The notes beneath the pieces were generated by a model that saw only the letters and a list, made by a program, of their open reading frames with translations, did no database searches and was not told the origin of the DNA. DNA of 64,000 bases from Lama guanicoe (lineage: Eukaryota), in contig MU057332.1 of the NCBI GenBank assembly GCA_013239625.1, positions 6,103,001 to 6,167,000 of the forward strand. Reading direction: 5' to 3'. This document shows, piece by piece, positions 39,501-51,500 of the stretch. Position numbers and translations under genes: made by a program. Within the stretch, counting starts at the first letter, position 1. Every line of letters begins with the position of its first letter.

Positions 39501-42500
39501 TACTTATTATAAAATATTGGCTATTTCTCAGTGTTGTGCAGTATATACTTGTAGCTTATTTTGTACCTAATAGTTTGTACCTCTCAGTCCCTCACCCGTG
39601 TCTTGCCCCTCTTCCCTTCCCTCTCCCCCTGGTAACCAACAAGTCCACGGGGATTGGTGACTCTTCCATGAGCACCAGGTGCAGAAAATGTCCTAGATGT
39701 GGCAGCCACTCAGTGAATGTGTGATGTTGCTGATGACACGTGGTGGGGCCCCAGGGGACATTCTGTGAGGAGAGGGTCTTCAGTGCATACTTATGAGGAA
39801 GGCAGAGGTGGAGACTCGGAAGCAGGCGGGAATGGGTCCATGTGAGGGAGGAAGTTGGTTTGGGGGATCTGGTTGAGGAGAAGAGGGTCTGCTCAGGAGG
39901 CTGCCCAGTCAGGACTCTCAGAGACAGCCTCCCTGGGCTGCAGGCTCTGGCAGGGGCTCAGGGATCTGGGCTGCTTTTCTAGAAACAGCTCTGGCTGAGA
40001 GCTAAGGTGATAGGGGAACACTGAGGATTTCCTTGGCGTACAGATCCACTCAGAGCATGAGGATGAGACCTCACCCAGTGAGCTTGTGTGGTGAAGGAGA
40101 CACCAAAGAGGCATGTGTCTTAATGAAACTGAAGCCTGCTTCAGTTTAGCTGGGGGTTTAGAGGGGGTCAGATGTTGGCCAGACATGCTCTTTCTCCCTG
40201 GAGGTGTCAACTGCACAAGGAGGAAACCAAGTTGGTACAAAGACTCAGAGGGGGCTGGAGGTGGAAGATTTTGAGCCTCTTGATCTGCTTGGCACTGGGA
40301 GTTAGAGGCAGACACCTCCCTCCACTCACCCACCCACACCCAAACCCAAATGAACTGGTGGGTCTGCTGTCCCTGGCCCAGACAGAAGGCACAGATGTCC
40401 CCACCCCTCGGCTGCCCCTGGTCTGGTCTGGAGGCACCCACCTGTGTGCGGGCTTTCAGTGCCCTGTCCAGCCTCTCCCAAGTGGCCTCGACGCGGCTCC
40501 GGTGCACTTGAATCTGGGGAGAGCACCTGGGGGCTGCTCGTTCCAAGGAGCCTGCCCGCTCCCGCAAGGCCTGCACCCTGGCCTGCCCCAGGCTCTGGAC
40601 TTCCTTTCTGAAAGCATCAAACTTCTGTTCCAGCACCTGCAGGGTGTAGGGCCAGGGAGGGTCACTCTGGAGGTGTGGTATCCTGCAGCTCCCAACGCTG
40701 ACGAAGGGCTTGGCAGAATCGGCCACTTTTGACGTCCTGAGGCTCTGCCTCAAGAACTGTAGGGATCTGCCCAGAGGCCCCCACTTCCCATCTGCTCCCC
40801 CCTCACCCTCCCTCTTTGCCCTTGTGATCCACTGTCCTCCAGGTTCACTCAGGAGTGACTCACCTTGACGGCCTCCAGGTCCTGCCCATAGTCCTGGGAC
40901 TCAGCAGAGGCCACTTTGCTGGCCAGCCAGGCGTCCAGGAGCAGGGCTTCCCGCTCCAGTTGGTGGAGCTGCAGCTGCTCCCGCAGGCCTTGCCCCCTGC
41001 ACTCCGCTCTCTGCAGCAGCCCCGAGTGGGCCTCCCTCACTGCGCGCATCTGGGCGAGCACCTTAGGGCTGCAGCAGGAAGGACAACCCATTAGAGCGCT
41101 TCCTCTCCAGGCTAGATCAGCCTTCTGCCTCTGTAGGGACAGGAGGGGCCCTGCCTCTCCTCCCTATTTGGTCCTGGCAACGACCCACCTTTCTGAGTTC
41201 GGCCTGCTCTCAAGGAGGGCAGCTCTCTGCTGCAGCCTCTCGATGCGAGGACTGAATGCCTCCAACTCTCTCCTGGTGGTGTCCAGCCTCCGCAGAAAGG
41301 CTTGAGTGGCCTCGGCACTCTGGCCCATCTCCTCCGTGTCCAGGACACAGCCCTGCTCTTCCAGCCAGGATTCTGCCTCCAGGAGCTGGGGTGACAAAGG
41401 GGACAGTTTTCCCTGGGTGATACCCTCCAGGGCTCTCAACTTTGAGTTCATGACCTTGAGATTTAGAGCAGTGAGTGGTTCTCAGCCTGGCTGACTGGGA
41501 TCACCTGAGAGCCTCAACAACTCCCTATGCCTGGCTCTCCCCCCATAAGATTCTGATCTGGTCTGGAAGGGAGCCTGGGTAGCAATCAGCATTTCTCCAG
41601 GGTTCCAGGTAATTCTCACGTAAAGCATTGACTAAGAATCACTGGTTTAGAAGAAACAGCAAAGCAAAACCAACCCAAATCCGGGGGGCTGTTTTCTGGG
41701 AAACAAGCTGAAGGAAACGACTCAGTGGGGGTGACAGAAAACACACAGAGAGCCTGGAGCCCCAGCCGGGGGTTACCCTCCAGGCCTGCCTACACCTTGG
41801 GTGTTCTCCTGCCCGGCCCCACCTCACCCCTCACCTCTGTCAGGAACTGCTGGGCCTCCTGAGCCTCCTGCAGCCTCCGCCGCCTCTGTGCAGCCTCTGC
41901 CCGCAGGCGGCCCACGGCATCCTCCAGCTGCTGCACCCGGGCAGCCACGTCGCGGGCGGCAAAGTGCCCAGCCTGCACCAGCTTGCGCCCTGTGCCCAGC
42001 ACCGCCTGGGTCAGAGCCTCGTGGCTGCTCATCTCACTCTCCAGGTTCTGCAGAGACAGGACCGGGGATGCTCCTGGGTGCTCCTCAGGGGACCCAGAGC
42101 TGTGTTTGAAACCTCGTGGGATCCCACAGACGCCCCCAAAGAGAACCTTGTCCTTGTGACCAGCAAAGAATCTAAGGCCCCAAAAGCCTTTTGGAGGCAG
42201 GAAGCTCCCAGCACCAGTGGCGGATGGAGGATGGCCCCACCCTTCCTAACGGGCCCACACCTGGTGCTTCTCTTGCAGGTGCCGCACGGTGCTCAGGCTC
42301 TGGCCGCAGTCTCGTGAGGCAGCCAGAGGCAGCTTCTCCCGCACCCAGGCCAGCTCCTCATCAGCGTCCCTGAAGAACTGCAGGAGGAGGCTCCGGGCCT
42401 CCAGGGCTGTCCTGCGCTCCCGCAGGGGCTCCCTCAGGCCCTCGAACCTGCAGCAGTGGAGGGCGGGACCAGGGTGGGGGACCCTGGTCGTCACTATGAT

Positions 42501-45500
42501 GGCCAGACTGTGACCCACCCTGTGCCCCTCATCATGGGCTGGCTGGGGGAGGCCCTGGGGAGATGAGTGAGGGGCAGGGAGGAGGGATGGATCTACCTCT
42601 GAAGCAGCCGCTGGAACTGCTCTTCCAAGTCTTGGGTGAGGCTGGGGCTTTCCCGCACAAAGGCCTGGGCCTGGCCCAGCAGGGCCTGTGCCCAACTGGC
42701 CTGCCTGTCCACTGCTGCCTCCAGCTCTCCCTGTGCCCCTAGGAGCTCGTCCAGCCCAGGCTGGTCCAGGCCCCCGATGGGGGCCCTCAGCTTGACCTCC
42801 ACGGGCTCCAGCCAGCTCTCCAGTTCCTCCACACTCCGCCGCAGACGCTGGGCCTGAGGCAGAATGTGAGGTGGGGGCATGCAGGGGAGAGGCCTAGAGC
42901 TGCATCTAGCCTGCTCTGTAGCCCACAACCTCACCTCACAGGTCTCCTGTAGCTTGACTGCCTTCCTCTGGCAGTTGGCCTGCAGCTCCTCCCAAAGCTT
43001 TCTCAGCTCCTGCAGGTGCTCCTGGATGGTCTCTGAGGCCGGGTGGCCTTCCTGCAGCAGCCTCTGCCCCTCCTATAGTCACAACATGGCACACACCTCA
43101 TGGAGTCAGGACTGCTGGTATCAGGGCCCTTGTGTTGGCTCCAACTATCAGCCCCATGGCTGCAGTCTGTGTGCTAGCTGTGTGATTCTCAGGCAAGTTC
43201 CTTAACCTCTCTGAGCTCATTTTTCTTAGCCACATAATGGAGACAATAGTGGTTATTTTGTTTAAACGAGAGAAAACATTTCAAATACTTATATTAGACT
43301 GAGGGGGCCTGGGGTCAGGGCCTACCCTTTGTAGGTGGAAGAGGGTAAATAAAAAAGGTGCTGTACTTTGACTCCTGCACCCACAGGACTTCTGGCTGGG
43401 CCCTGACTCTCTGTCTTTCCAAGAGAGTTTTCAAAACCATCACATCAAAACACTATCTTTGAAATTCTTGAAAAGGCACCATTTTTGGAGAGGGTGCCCC
43501 AGGGAAGCCTCTGTGACTCACTACCCTTTGGTGCTTAGTACAGCGTCTGTATACAGAAAGCATTCACTGAGACTTCGCCATCCACTGAGACTTCGCCATC
43601 CACTGCTGTGGTTCAGAGCCAGTTGCCAGGGCTCTGTGGGGTTGCCCTGCTCTGGCCAGTAAGCCTGGCCCGGGCCCCCAGGGCCTCACCGTCTGCAGCC
43701 TTTGTTGGTGGTGTACACCCGCATCCAGCTCGGCCTGGAGATTCTGCTGCTTCCGCCACTGTGCCTGCAGCCCGGCTGGGTCCCGCCAGCCCTCTTCCAG
43801 GGCCACCAGGTTCTTCTCCCTCAGCCATGTGGCCACCTGGGCACACAGGGAGGACCAGGCTCTGCTGCCTAGGGTGCTTGTCCACCTCACCTCTGGGCTG
43901 CCCCGGGGAAGGGTGGCTTTTTCCTGGGGCAACTCCTTCCCCACCAAGCACAACCACTCCCCACTCCAACCAAGGAGAACCTCGTAGAAATCCTGCAGGA
44001 AAGCCTGCAGCTGCCTGAGCTCCTCCAGCTGGCGGTGACGGGTCCTGGCTCGCTCCAGGAGTGCCTCTTTCCTGCCGGAAGGAGGGTGTCAGGGGCCTCA
44101 GGTCTTTTCACTGGGACCTGGAGCTGCTACGGGGATGAGTGTGCACACATACACACATGCGTGCACATGCGTGCCCTTCCAGCCCTTCTTGTGGATCAAT
44201 ATACCCTGAGTCTGGGCTTTCCTTTGTTTCTTTAATTTTTTTTTTTTTAGGTGGGGGGAGGTAATTGGGTTTACTTATTTCGAGGAGTTACTGGGGGTTG
44301 AACCCAGGACCTCACGCAAGACCATGCATGCTAAGCATACGCTCTACCGCTTGATCTATACCCCACCCCTGGGCTTTCCTTTGAAATAGAGACACACCCT
44401 ACTTCCCCTCTTCATTAGTGCCTGTTATGGGCTGAATTGTGTCCCCGCAGATTCTTAGGTTGAAGTCCGAATCCTCAGTATGTCAGAATGTGACTGTTTT
44501 TGAAGATAAGGTCTTTAAAGAAGTAATTAAGTTAAAATGAGGTCATTAGGTTGGGCCCTAATCTGATACAATGGGTGTCCTTATAAGAAGGGATTAGCAC
44601 ACAGGCACACACACACAGGGACAGACCGTGTGAAGGCAAGGAGTGAGGCCTCAGGAGAAACCAGCGCTGCTGACATCTTGATCTTGGGATTTCTAGCCTC
44701 CAGAATTATGAGAAATAAACTTCTCTTGTTTAAGCCACCCAGTCTGCGATATTTTGTTATGGCAGCCCTAGCAAACTAATTCAGTGTCTACATCACTTTT
44801 TTGATCAGACACTGCTATTAGTGCGACTTCGTTGGGATGTATTTGTAAGTGTGCGTGTGTGTATATTTGTACTGATTTATATGTGTGTGTACTTCTGTAC
44901 AAATATAGTAAGTCCATTGCCATATGCGCAAAAATAGACATCAGAAGTGAGATCTATTAAAGAGGAAAAGAAGTTCTAACACCCCTCACCCTCACCCCAC
45001 CAGGGTGCACACACACCTCCCACCAGTGTAGCCCCGACGCTGGCGTTAGTGGGAATGCTTGTGTCCTCCTGCTGGGGCTGCCAAAGGGGGCTGGGGGCAG
45101 GGGAGATGCAGAGTCTTGATGGAATGAAAATGGCTTCAGAGGATGCCAGGAGCCTGAGAGGGAGGGGGTAGGGTGGCACTGTCCTGGGGGGCAGCCAGGT
45201 CTGCCAGGAACTACCTAAGGGGACTAGGGGGAGGGAGTGTTGACAGAGACCAGCACACCAACGTTTGCCATCTGTCAGTCAAAGACCTCAGGTAGCCAGG
45301 TGGGGTCCACCTGCAGGGAAGAGGAGGGGGTGGCCTCCAGGGCTCCAGCACAGGAGCCACAAGCATTGTGGGCCTTGGTGGGCTCTCTGGGAAGGAGGGA
45401 GACCCCTGCCAATCTGAGATCTAGCTTTTGGCCAAATATGCCTTGGTCTGAGGGGCTGGACGGGGCAGCTGAACCAGATGGGATTTTACGAGGGAAAAAG

Positions 45501-48500
45501 GCAGAGCTCATAGCTACGCCAGCTTCAGTTACATGAGCATAAGAAATCTGCCAAGTGACTGTCAGGCACTGCGTCAGGACATCAAGGGTCCCTTTCCCAT
45601 CCTCACCACAACCCTAAGAGGCAGGTACTGTTACCCCCTCATGGTAGACATGAGACTCCATGAGAAATTTGCCACAAGTCCCACCATGGGTGGGCAGCAC
45701 AGAAACTCAGCTGTCTAACGACTGTGCTCTGGTATCGCCATCCCATGAGGTCATCTCTCTCTCAGTTTCTCACTATATGCTGCTCTGTAAAAGTCCCTTT
45801 TATCTTAGCTGGGTGACCATGTGCTGTGTGACTCAGCAGGCTGACACACTGCAGGGCCAGGAGTGGTGGGGTCCTGGCATCCAACCTCAGCACCCGGAAA
45901 ATGCTGGGAGCCCAGGCTAACAGGCAGAAGAGCCGGGCAAGAGCCAGACATTCGTGCCAGCCCACCCACCACCCCTTAGCCCCAGAGCCGCTGTACCTCA
46001 GGAGCATGGCCTGGCACCGGCCCAGGGCGCCCTGGGCCTCGGGCCATCCACCCTGGAGCAGGCTGCGGGTGGCGGCCTCCAGTGCGCTGATCTTGTCGGC
46101 CCGTGCCTCCAGCTCCCGTTCGTGCATCTTGTGTTTCCACAGCAGGGTCTCCACGTTGGCCGGGGTGTCCTGGGGATTGATGCTGTCCACAGGGCTGCCC
46201 CTCCTCCTCCCAAGCTATCTGCTTTCCCACCTAAACCATCTGATCAAACACATCCCCCGAATCCCTCCAGGCCGTATCTGGCTTTAGGGCAGTGATTCTC
46301 AACCAAGCATGGGTCAAGAGTCAGAATTTCCAGAGCAGGTGGAGCTTCTCCACATAACAGGGACACCCCCTCCTCTGCACTCCCAGTAAGGCTACGTCAG
46401 CACAGGGCGAGTCAGCCCTGATTATTCTCTGAGCGCCCTCATGGGTCAGGCCCTCCTGCCACAGAGCTTGGGACGGTGGTGGGAAAAACAAACATCTGGG
46501 TGTAAGGAAGTAAGAAGGGCAGAGGTGAGAAGCATGTTGGGAAGGAGGCAAGAATGTGTCCAGGGCCACACACTCACCCTCCAAGCTCCCACGGCACCTC
46601 CTGGTGCACAACCGTCACCAGTGATGGATGGGTAAGCAACTGCTTGTGGTTGAGGGCTGGGAGATGCCCTTGGCCTGGGAGCTCAGGCAGCACTGTCTGC
46701 CTTGATCTCTAATGCTGCTCTTGCAAACCCTCCCTCACTCTTGCTGGGCACCTACCCCTAGACCCTCACTGGCTGGGCAGTCTTCCTGGCTGCAGAGCCA
46801 ATGTTCCATCTGCTCCACAGAGCTCAGAACTAGCTGTTGAAAAAGAAAAGGAAAAAGGCAAGAGGAAGTGAGCAGAGGGTTCAGGGAGAGTGAGCCTGTT
46901 GGGGTTCCCAGTGGGGAAACCAGGCTGCTGGGGCCTGGCTTAACAGAACGAGCCCACTGCAGGAAGACTTGCAGCGCACGAGCTGAGTGGTGCGTGGTAG
47001 GTGGTGGGAAAAGCCCCTGGTACAGCAGTCTCTCTGGCTTTGGCTTTGACCAGGGGCAGTGGGTTTAGCATAGGCCTCACGGGTGGAGTTGGGATGAAGG
47101 CTGCCTACCTGCAGCTCCAAAGCCTGCTGCAGCTGGAGCTGGTGCTCCTGCCAGGCCCGTTCCAGGCTGTTCAGCTCCTGGTCTAAACCAGCCAGGGCCT
47201 GGCGGATGTCGGGGGTGGCTGGGTGCCCGGTGGCAAGCAGTTGCTGCCCGGTGCTTCGGGCCAGGCTGATGCTGTCTGTTCGGGAGTCCAGCTCGGCCTG
47301 TAAGAGGACTGGGCTCAGATCCCAGAGGCTGAGGCTCCCTGAGTGGGAGGGAAGAGGCCCAGTGGGAAGGAGGAGAGGTGGGGAAGACAGCTGAGGGGGT
47401 TAGGGTGGAAGAGGTGAAAGGCAGAGGCAGCTGATACAGAAAGAACCCAAGAGAAAATTGGGATCACAGCAAAGGGGAGGCCAGGGAGGATGTGAGATCC
47501 CAAGAAAGGCCCCGGGGCCTGGGCTGTTCACCTTGCACTCCTGCTGTTCCTGCAGCATGTGCTGGACCTCCGCAAGGCTGCGTGGGGTGCTTCGGGCATC
47601 CATGTCAGCTCGCAGCCTCTGGGCCCAGACCAGCAATTCCTGCAGCATTGCCTGCAGCTTCTGAGCTTGGTGCAAGGCATCCAGCGAGTCCTTCCTGTCC
47701 ACCAGGGTCATTAGCTAGTCCCAGGGCCTCCGAGCCCCTCTTTCCCCCTGTGCCCACAGGTGCCTTCTCTCCCTGAATCCCCTCAGCCAAAGAAGGGGCC
47801 CATGGGCTGGGAATTAATATGGTGACAATACAGATGGTTATTGGAAGGACAGAGGAAGACTCTTAGGGGCAGTCTGGGGACTAGGCTGCTGCAGGGGACG
47901 GGTCCACGAGGGCAGTGAGGGAAAGAGGCCCCAGGGCTTGTACCGCTTCTGGGCCCTGCTCCGGAGCTGCCACCAGCTGTCCATCATCTCCTGCTGCTTG
48001 AGGCTGAGGTTGTGGGCTGCCCCAGGGCTTCTCTGGCAGAGACGGCCCACCTCACGCTCTAGGGGCTGTGTGGGAAGCTAGGGTCAGGGGCTGGGGCAGG
48101 GAGGCAGGTTGTGCTCAGGGGAGCCCCAGCTGCAGGAGGCCCCAGCCTGTGGTGTGCAGCTGAGTGGATCTGGCTGGCTCTTGAGGTCCTGACCCCCACC
48201 CTGCCGCCACATGCCTGCCCAGGGTCCCACAGCGGAGGTCCCCTGGGCCCGGGCCCACCTCCGCACCCAGCTGCACACCTCCACTTGTTCCTGGATGAGG
48301 CCCATTTCCTGCTCCACCTGCTTGTGTTTCCACATCAGCCTCTGCACACCATCTAGATGTTTCCCGTAGTCCAGGGTCTGGACCAGGGTGGCCTGGAGAG
48401 GAATGGGGTGTTACCAGTGGCCTTTGCTTCAGCTCCTCCCTCATGGCAGATGGGTCACTGGCAACAGGGTTTCTGTGTGGGAAGCAAGCGCCCAGCCTGA

Positions 48501-51500
48501 TTCCCTTCTCAGTGTCCTCCGTGGGCTGGAGCAGGACGCTGACCCTGACCAGAGGGCCCTTCCTTTTGTGAAGGGGGAAGATTCCCAGGAGGGACTTGAG
48601 CTGGAGTTAGTACCCTCCACCGGTGGTGCCTCCACATGCATTGTCTCACTTGCTCTCATTCCTTTGCGAGGACTGTGCACGGACTGGCCTGGCTGAGGCA
48701 GGAACCAGAGGGGCGGTAGGAACAGCTGGCAAGAGCCCTTTGCGTGCCCAGAACAGGGCACCACCTGCTTCCTGGGGGGCTTCTCAGGCTGCAGACCACT
48801 CTTCCACTCCGGCCTCTGCCAGCACCTAGGCCATGTTTCTCTGTGGCTGCTGACACAATCCCCGGGCAAACCTCCTGTGGGTTCTGGCCTTGCTCAGGGA
48901 CAACAGAGGAAACAGTATGTGGTGGGGGGGTCCTCTGGCCTCTGGACACAGTGCTTCTGAGGGAGAAAGGAGCCAGGTGGGCCAGCCTCCGAGCATGCAA
49001 TGGGGGCTTCTAGGTCCAGAGTTGACCCCGAGAGCTCCTGGAAGACCCCCTGATGGCCCCCTGGCGGGACGTGCCTCCCAGTACCCAGCTGGAGAGGCGG
49101 ATGAGGGGAGAGATGCAGAGACTCAGGCGGCACTGGCTCCCGGGCTGAACCGGCTTTTCCATCGCTTACCTTCTCCCTAATCAGCTCAGTGATGTCACCT
49201 AGCTTTTGGGACAATGCATGTATCTCCAGAGCCCCTTCAAGCTGCTGCTGGTACCGGAGCAGGTTGCCATGGAAACTGTTCCACCTGGCAGAGAGGGTGT
49301 AAGGCTGAGTCTGAGGTGGCCCTCCAGCCCGTCTCCAGCCCCGTCTCCAGCCCCTCTGCTTCCGGCTCAGAGACTGGCCTGCTGTTGAGCTGGTGTCGCC
49401 GCTGGCAGATGGTCTTGACTTGCTCGGGGTCCCGGTTCTTGAGCTGTAGTGACAAGTCGTTGATAATCCTGATGCGGGCGTCATCCACCGTGTCCTGTGG
49501 GGGGTGCAGGGTGAGGGCATTGGCAGCACCCACTCTGAGACCCTTCTCTGCACTGCAGTCAGCACTTGGAGGGTTTGCCTGGTCCCAGAAGAGCATGAGG
49601 AATAACATGTCTGGGGAGTGGAGGCAGCTGCTGCTTCAGCTGTGGACAGCCCACCCCATGCCGGGTGCAGTGAGGAAGATCCACTTGGGGATTGTAGCCC
49701 CAGGGCTGTCTCTAAGGCTGGAAAAAATGCTCCCCAGGTCAGGACCAGGCAGGAGGGAGAAGGCAGGCATGCACAGAGGAACAGAAGCTTTTAAAGTTGT
49801 AATGAAGCTTCTCAGGATAAGAAAAGCAAAGAATGTGTAGAAGGAAATGGTGAGTGCCAGCCCCCTGGGGTTTGGGTGTCCCCACCCCTGGGAGTCACCG
49901 GGCCTCGGATGCCACTGCTTAGACACTGGGTGGGGCTCCTGGGTACATGGGGAGGGGGTCTGTGGCACTGGGTGGGATGGCAGGCATCCTTCCGCTGTAA
50001 AAGCATCTTGCATTGGTCTACGTTTTCACAGCACTTCCCAATAGGTGTCTCAGACGAGGTGGGCAGGGAAGGGGGTTGCTCTCTCTTACAGAAGCCAGAG
50101 CAGAGCTCAGAGGCTAACATGGTGAACTTATGGCACAGGCAGGACTCAAGCCCAGCTCCTCAAGTGTATCTAATGCTCTTCTTACTACGGCATCTGGCAC
50201 AGTGGCTGCGAAATTCCACCATTAGCAAAGGCTATCTTAGATCAGAGCATTGCAGCTTTTAAAAAGTCATACATACTTACCTCAGGGGGTGAAGTTGGCG
50301 TGTTTAGGCTCTAACATTTGATTCTGAAACATTTACCCAATTTCTTTCCTCTATACCTTATAAGGAAAATAGATTTTTGGATTGTGTGTCTGGGGTAGGG
50401 GGGTGAGCAGGTGCTGAGGTGCTGAACGAGCAGCTGCAGTTTTTTGATTGTCCACTATGCCCAGACGTGTGTGTTCCTTATTTTAAAATTTTGAAATAAT
50501 TGCAGATGCACATGAAATTGCAAAAGTAGTACAGAGAAGTCCCATGTCGCCTTCACCCAGCTACCCACGATGGTTAACATCCTATGTAACTGCAGTACAA
50601 TATGAAAACCAGGACACTGACTTCAGTACAAATGTTAACTAAACTACAGACTTCATTCAGACTTCATCAGTTTCTACATGCACACATCTGTGTATGTGGG
50701 TAGCATAGTTCTAGGCAGTTTTATTATATATACAGATTCGTGTAACCACCACCATCACACATACAGGCTCCCTTACCTATGAGGTAAGCAGTAGCCCCAT
50801 TTTAAAGATGAAGAAACTGAGGCTCAGAGAGGTGAGGGCACCTGCCTAAGCATGTGCAGGTTGTAAGCGCAAAGCCAACACGAGAGTTCACATCTGGCCC
50901 CAGAGCCCGTGCTCGGTCACTGCTCTGAGCTGCATTTCCCAATGCGGGGATGCACTGGCCTACCTCTCCCCAGCGGGGCCCCCTTACCCCGGCCCAGACT
51001 CCTGGCAACTTGTGGAGCTGCCTGCGGAGCTGCAGGCAGTGCTCAAGGTCCTGGCCCAGGTCGCCGATGTCCACCGTCACCTCCTGTGGAGGCCAAGTGT
51101 CTGGAAGGCTGCACTCTGAGCATCCGGGCCCAGGTGCACCCAGCCCTCAGGCACCCAGCTGCTGGGGCAGTGTAGGGGCAGGTGGAGGCTTTGGGAACTT
51201 CTTGCTGGGGCTCCCTCCTATCAGGCAGGGAGCTGCAGGCCTGGGGCTCCCTCCCCAACCTGTCAGCCCCACAGCCCCACCCTGGCTCTGTCCTTGTTCA
51301 GCTGGGTCTCACCATCTCCTGGATCCAGGCCTCTGCACCATCTACTCTCTGCAGGAATTCCAAGAAGTTCCGCTTGTCCTCTAGGTCCCGGCCCCGGAGA
51401 GCCACCGTCTGTCTCAGCTTCTCCCAGTGCTCCTGCAACTCCCGCAGCTTCTGGGAGACCTCTCCCGCCCAAGGGTGGCTTTGTGCCAGGAGAGCCTCGC

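Noticed and set aside
43565-43605. CRISPR-like or regularly spaced repeat array
   Set aside because: Only simple tandem duplications without spacers; this is a eukaryotic locus with no cas genes.
44290-44368. tRNA gene
   Set aside because: The tRNA-like head is followed by an A-tail and flanked by TSDs, so it is a SINE.
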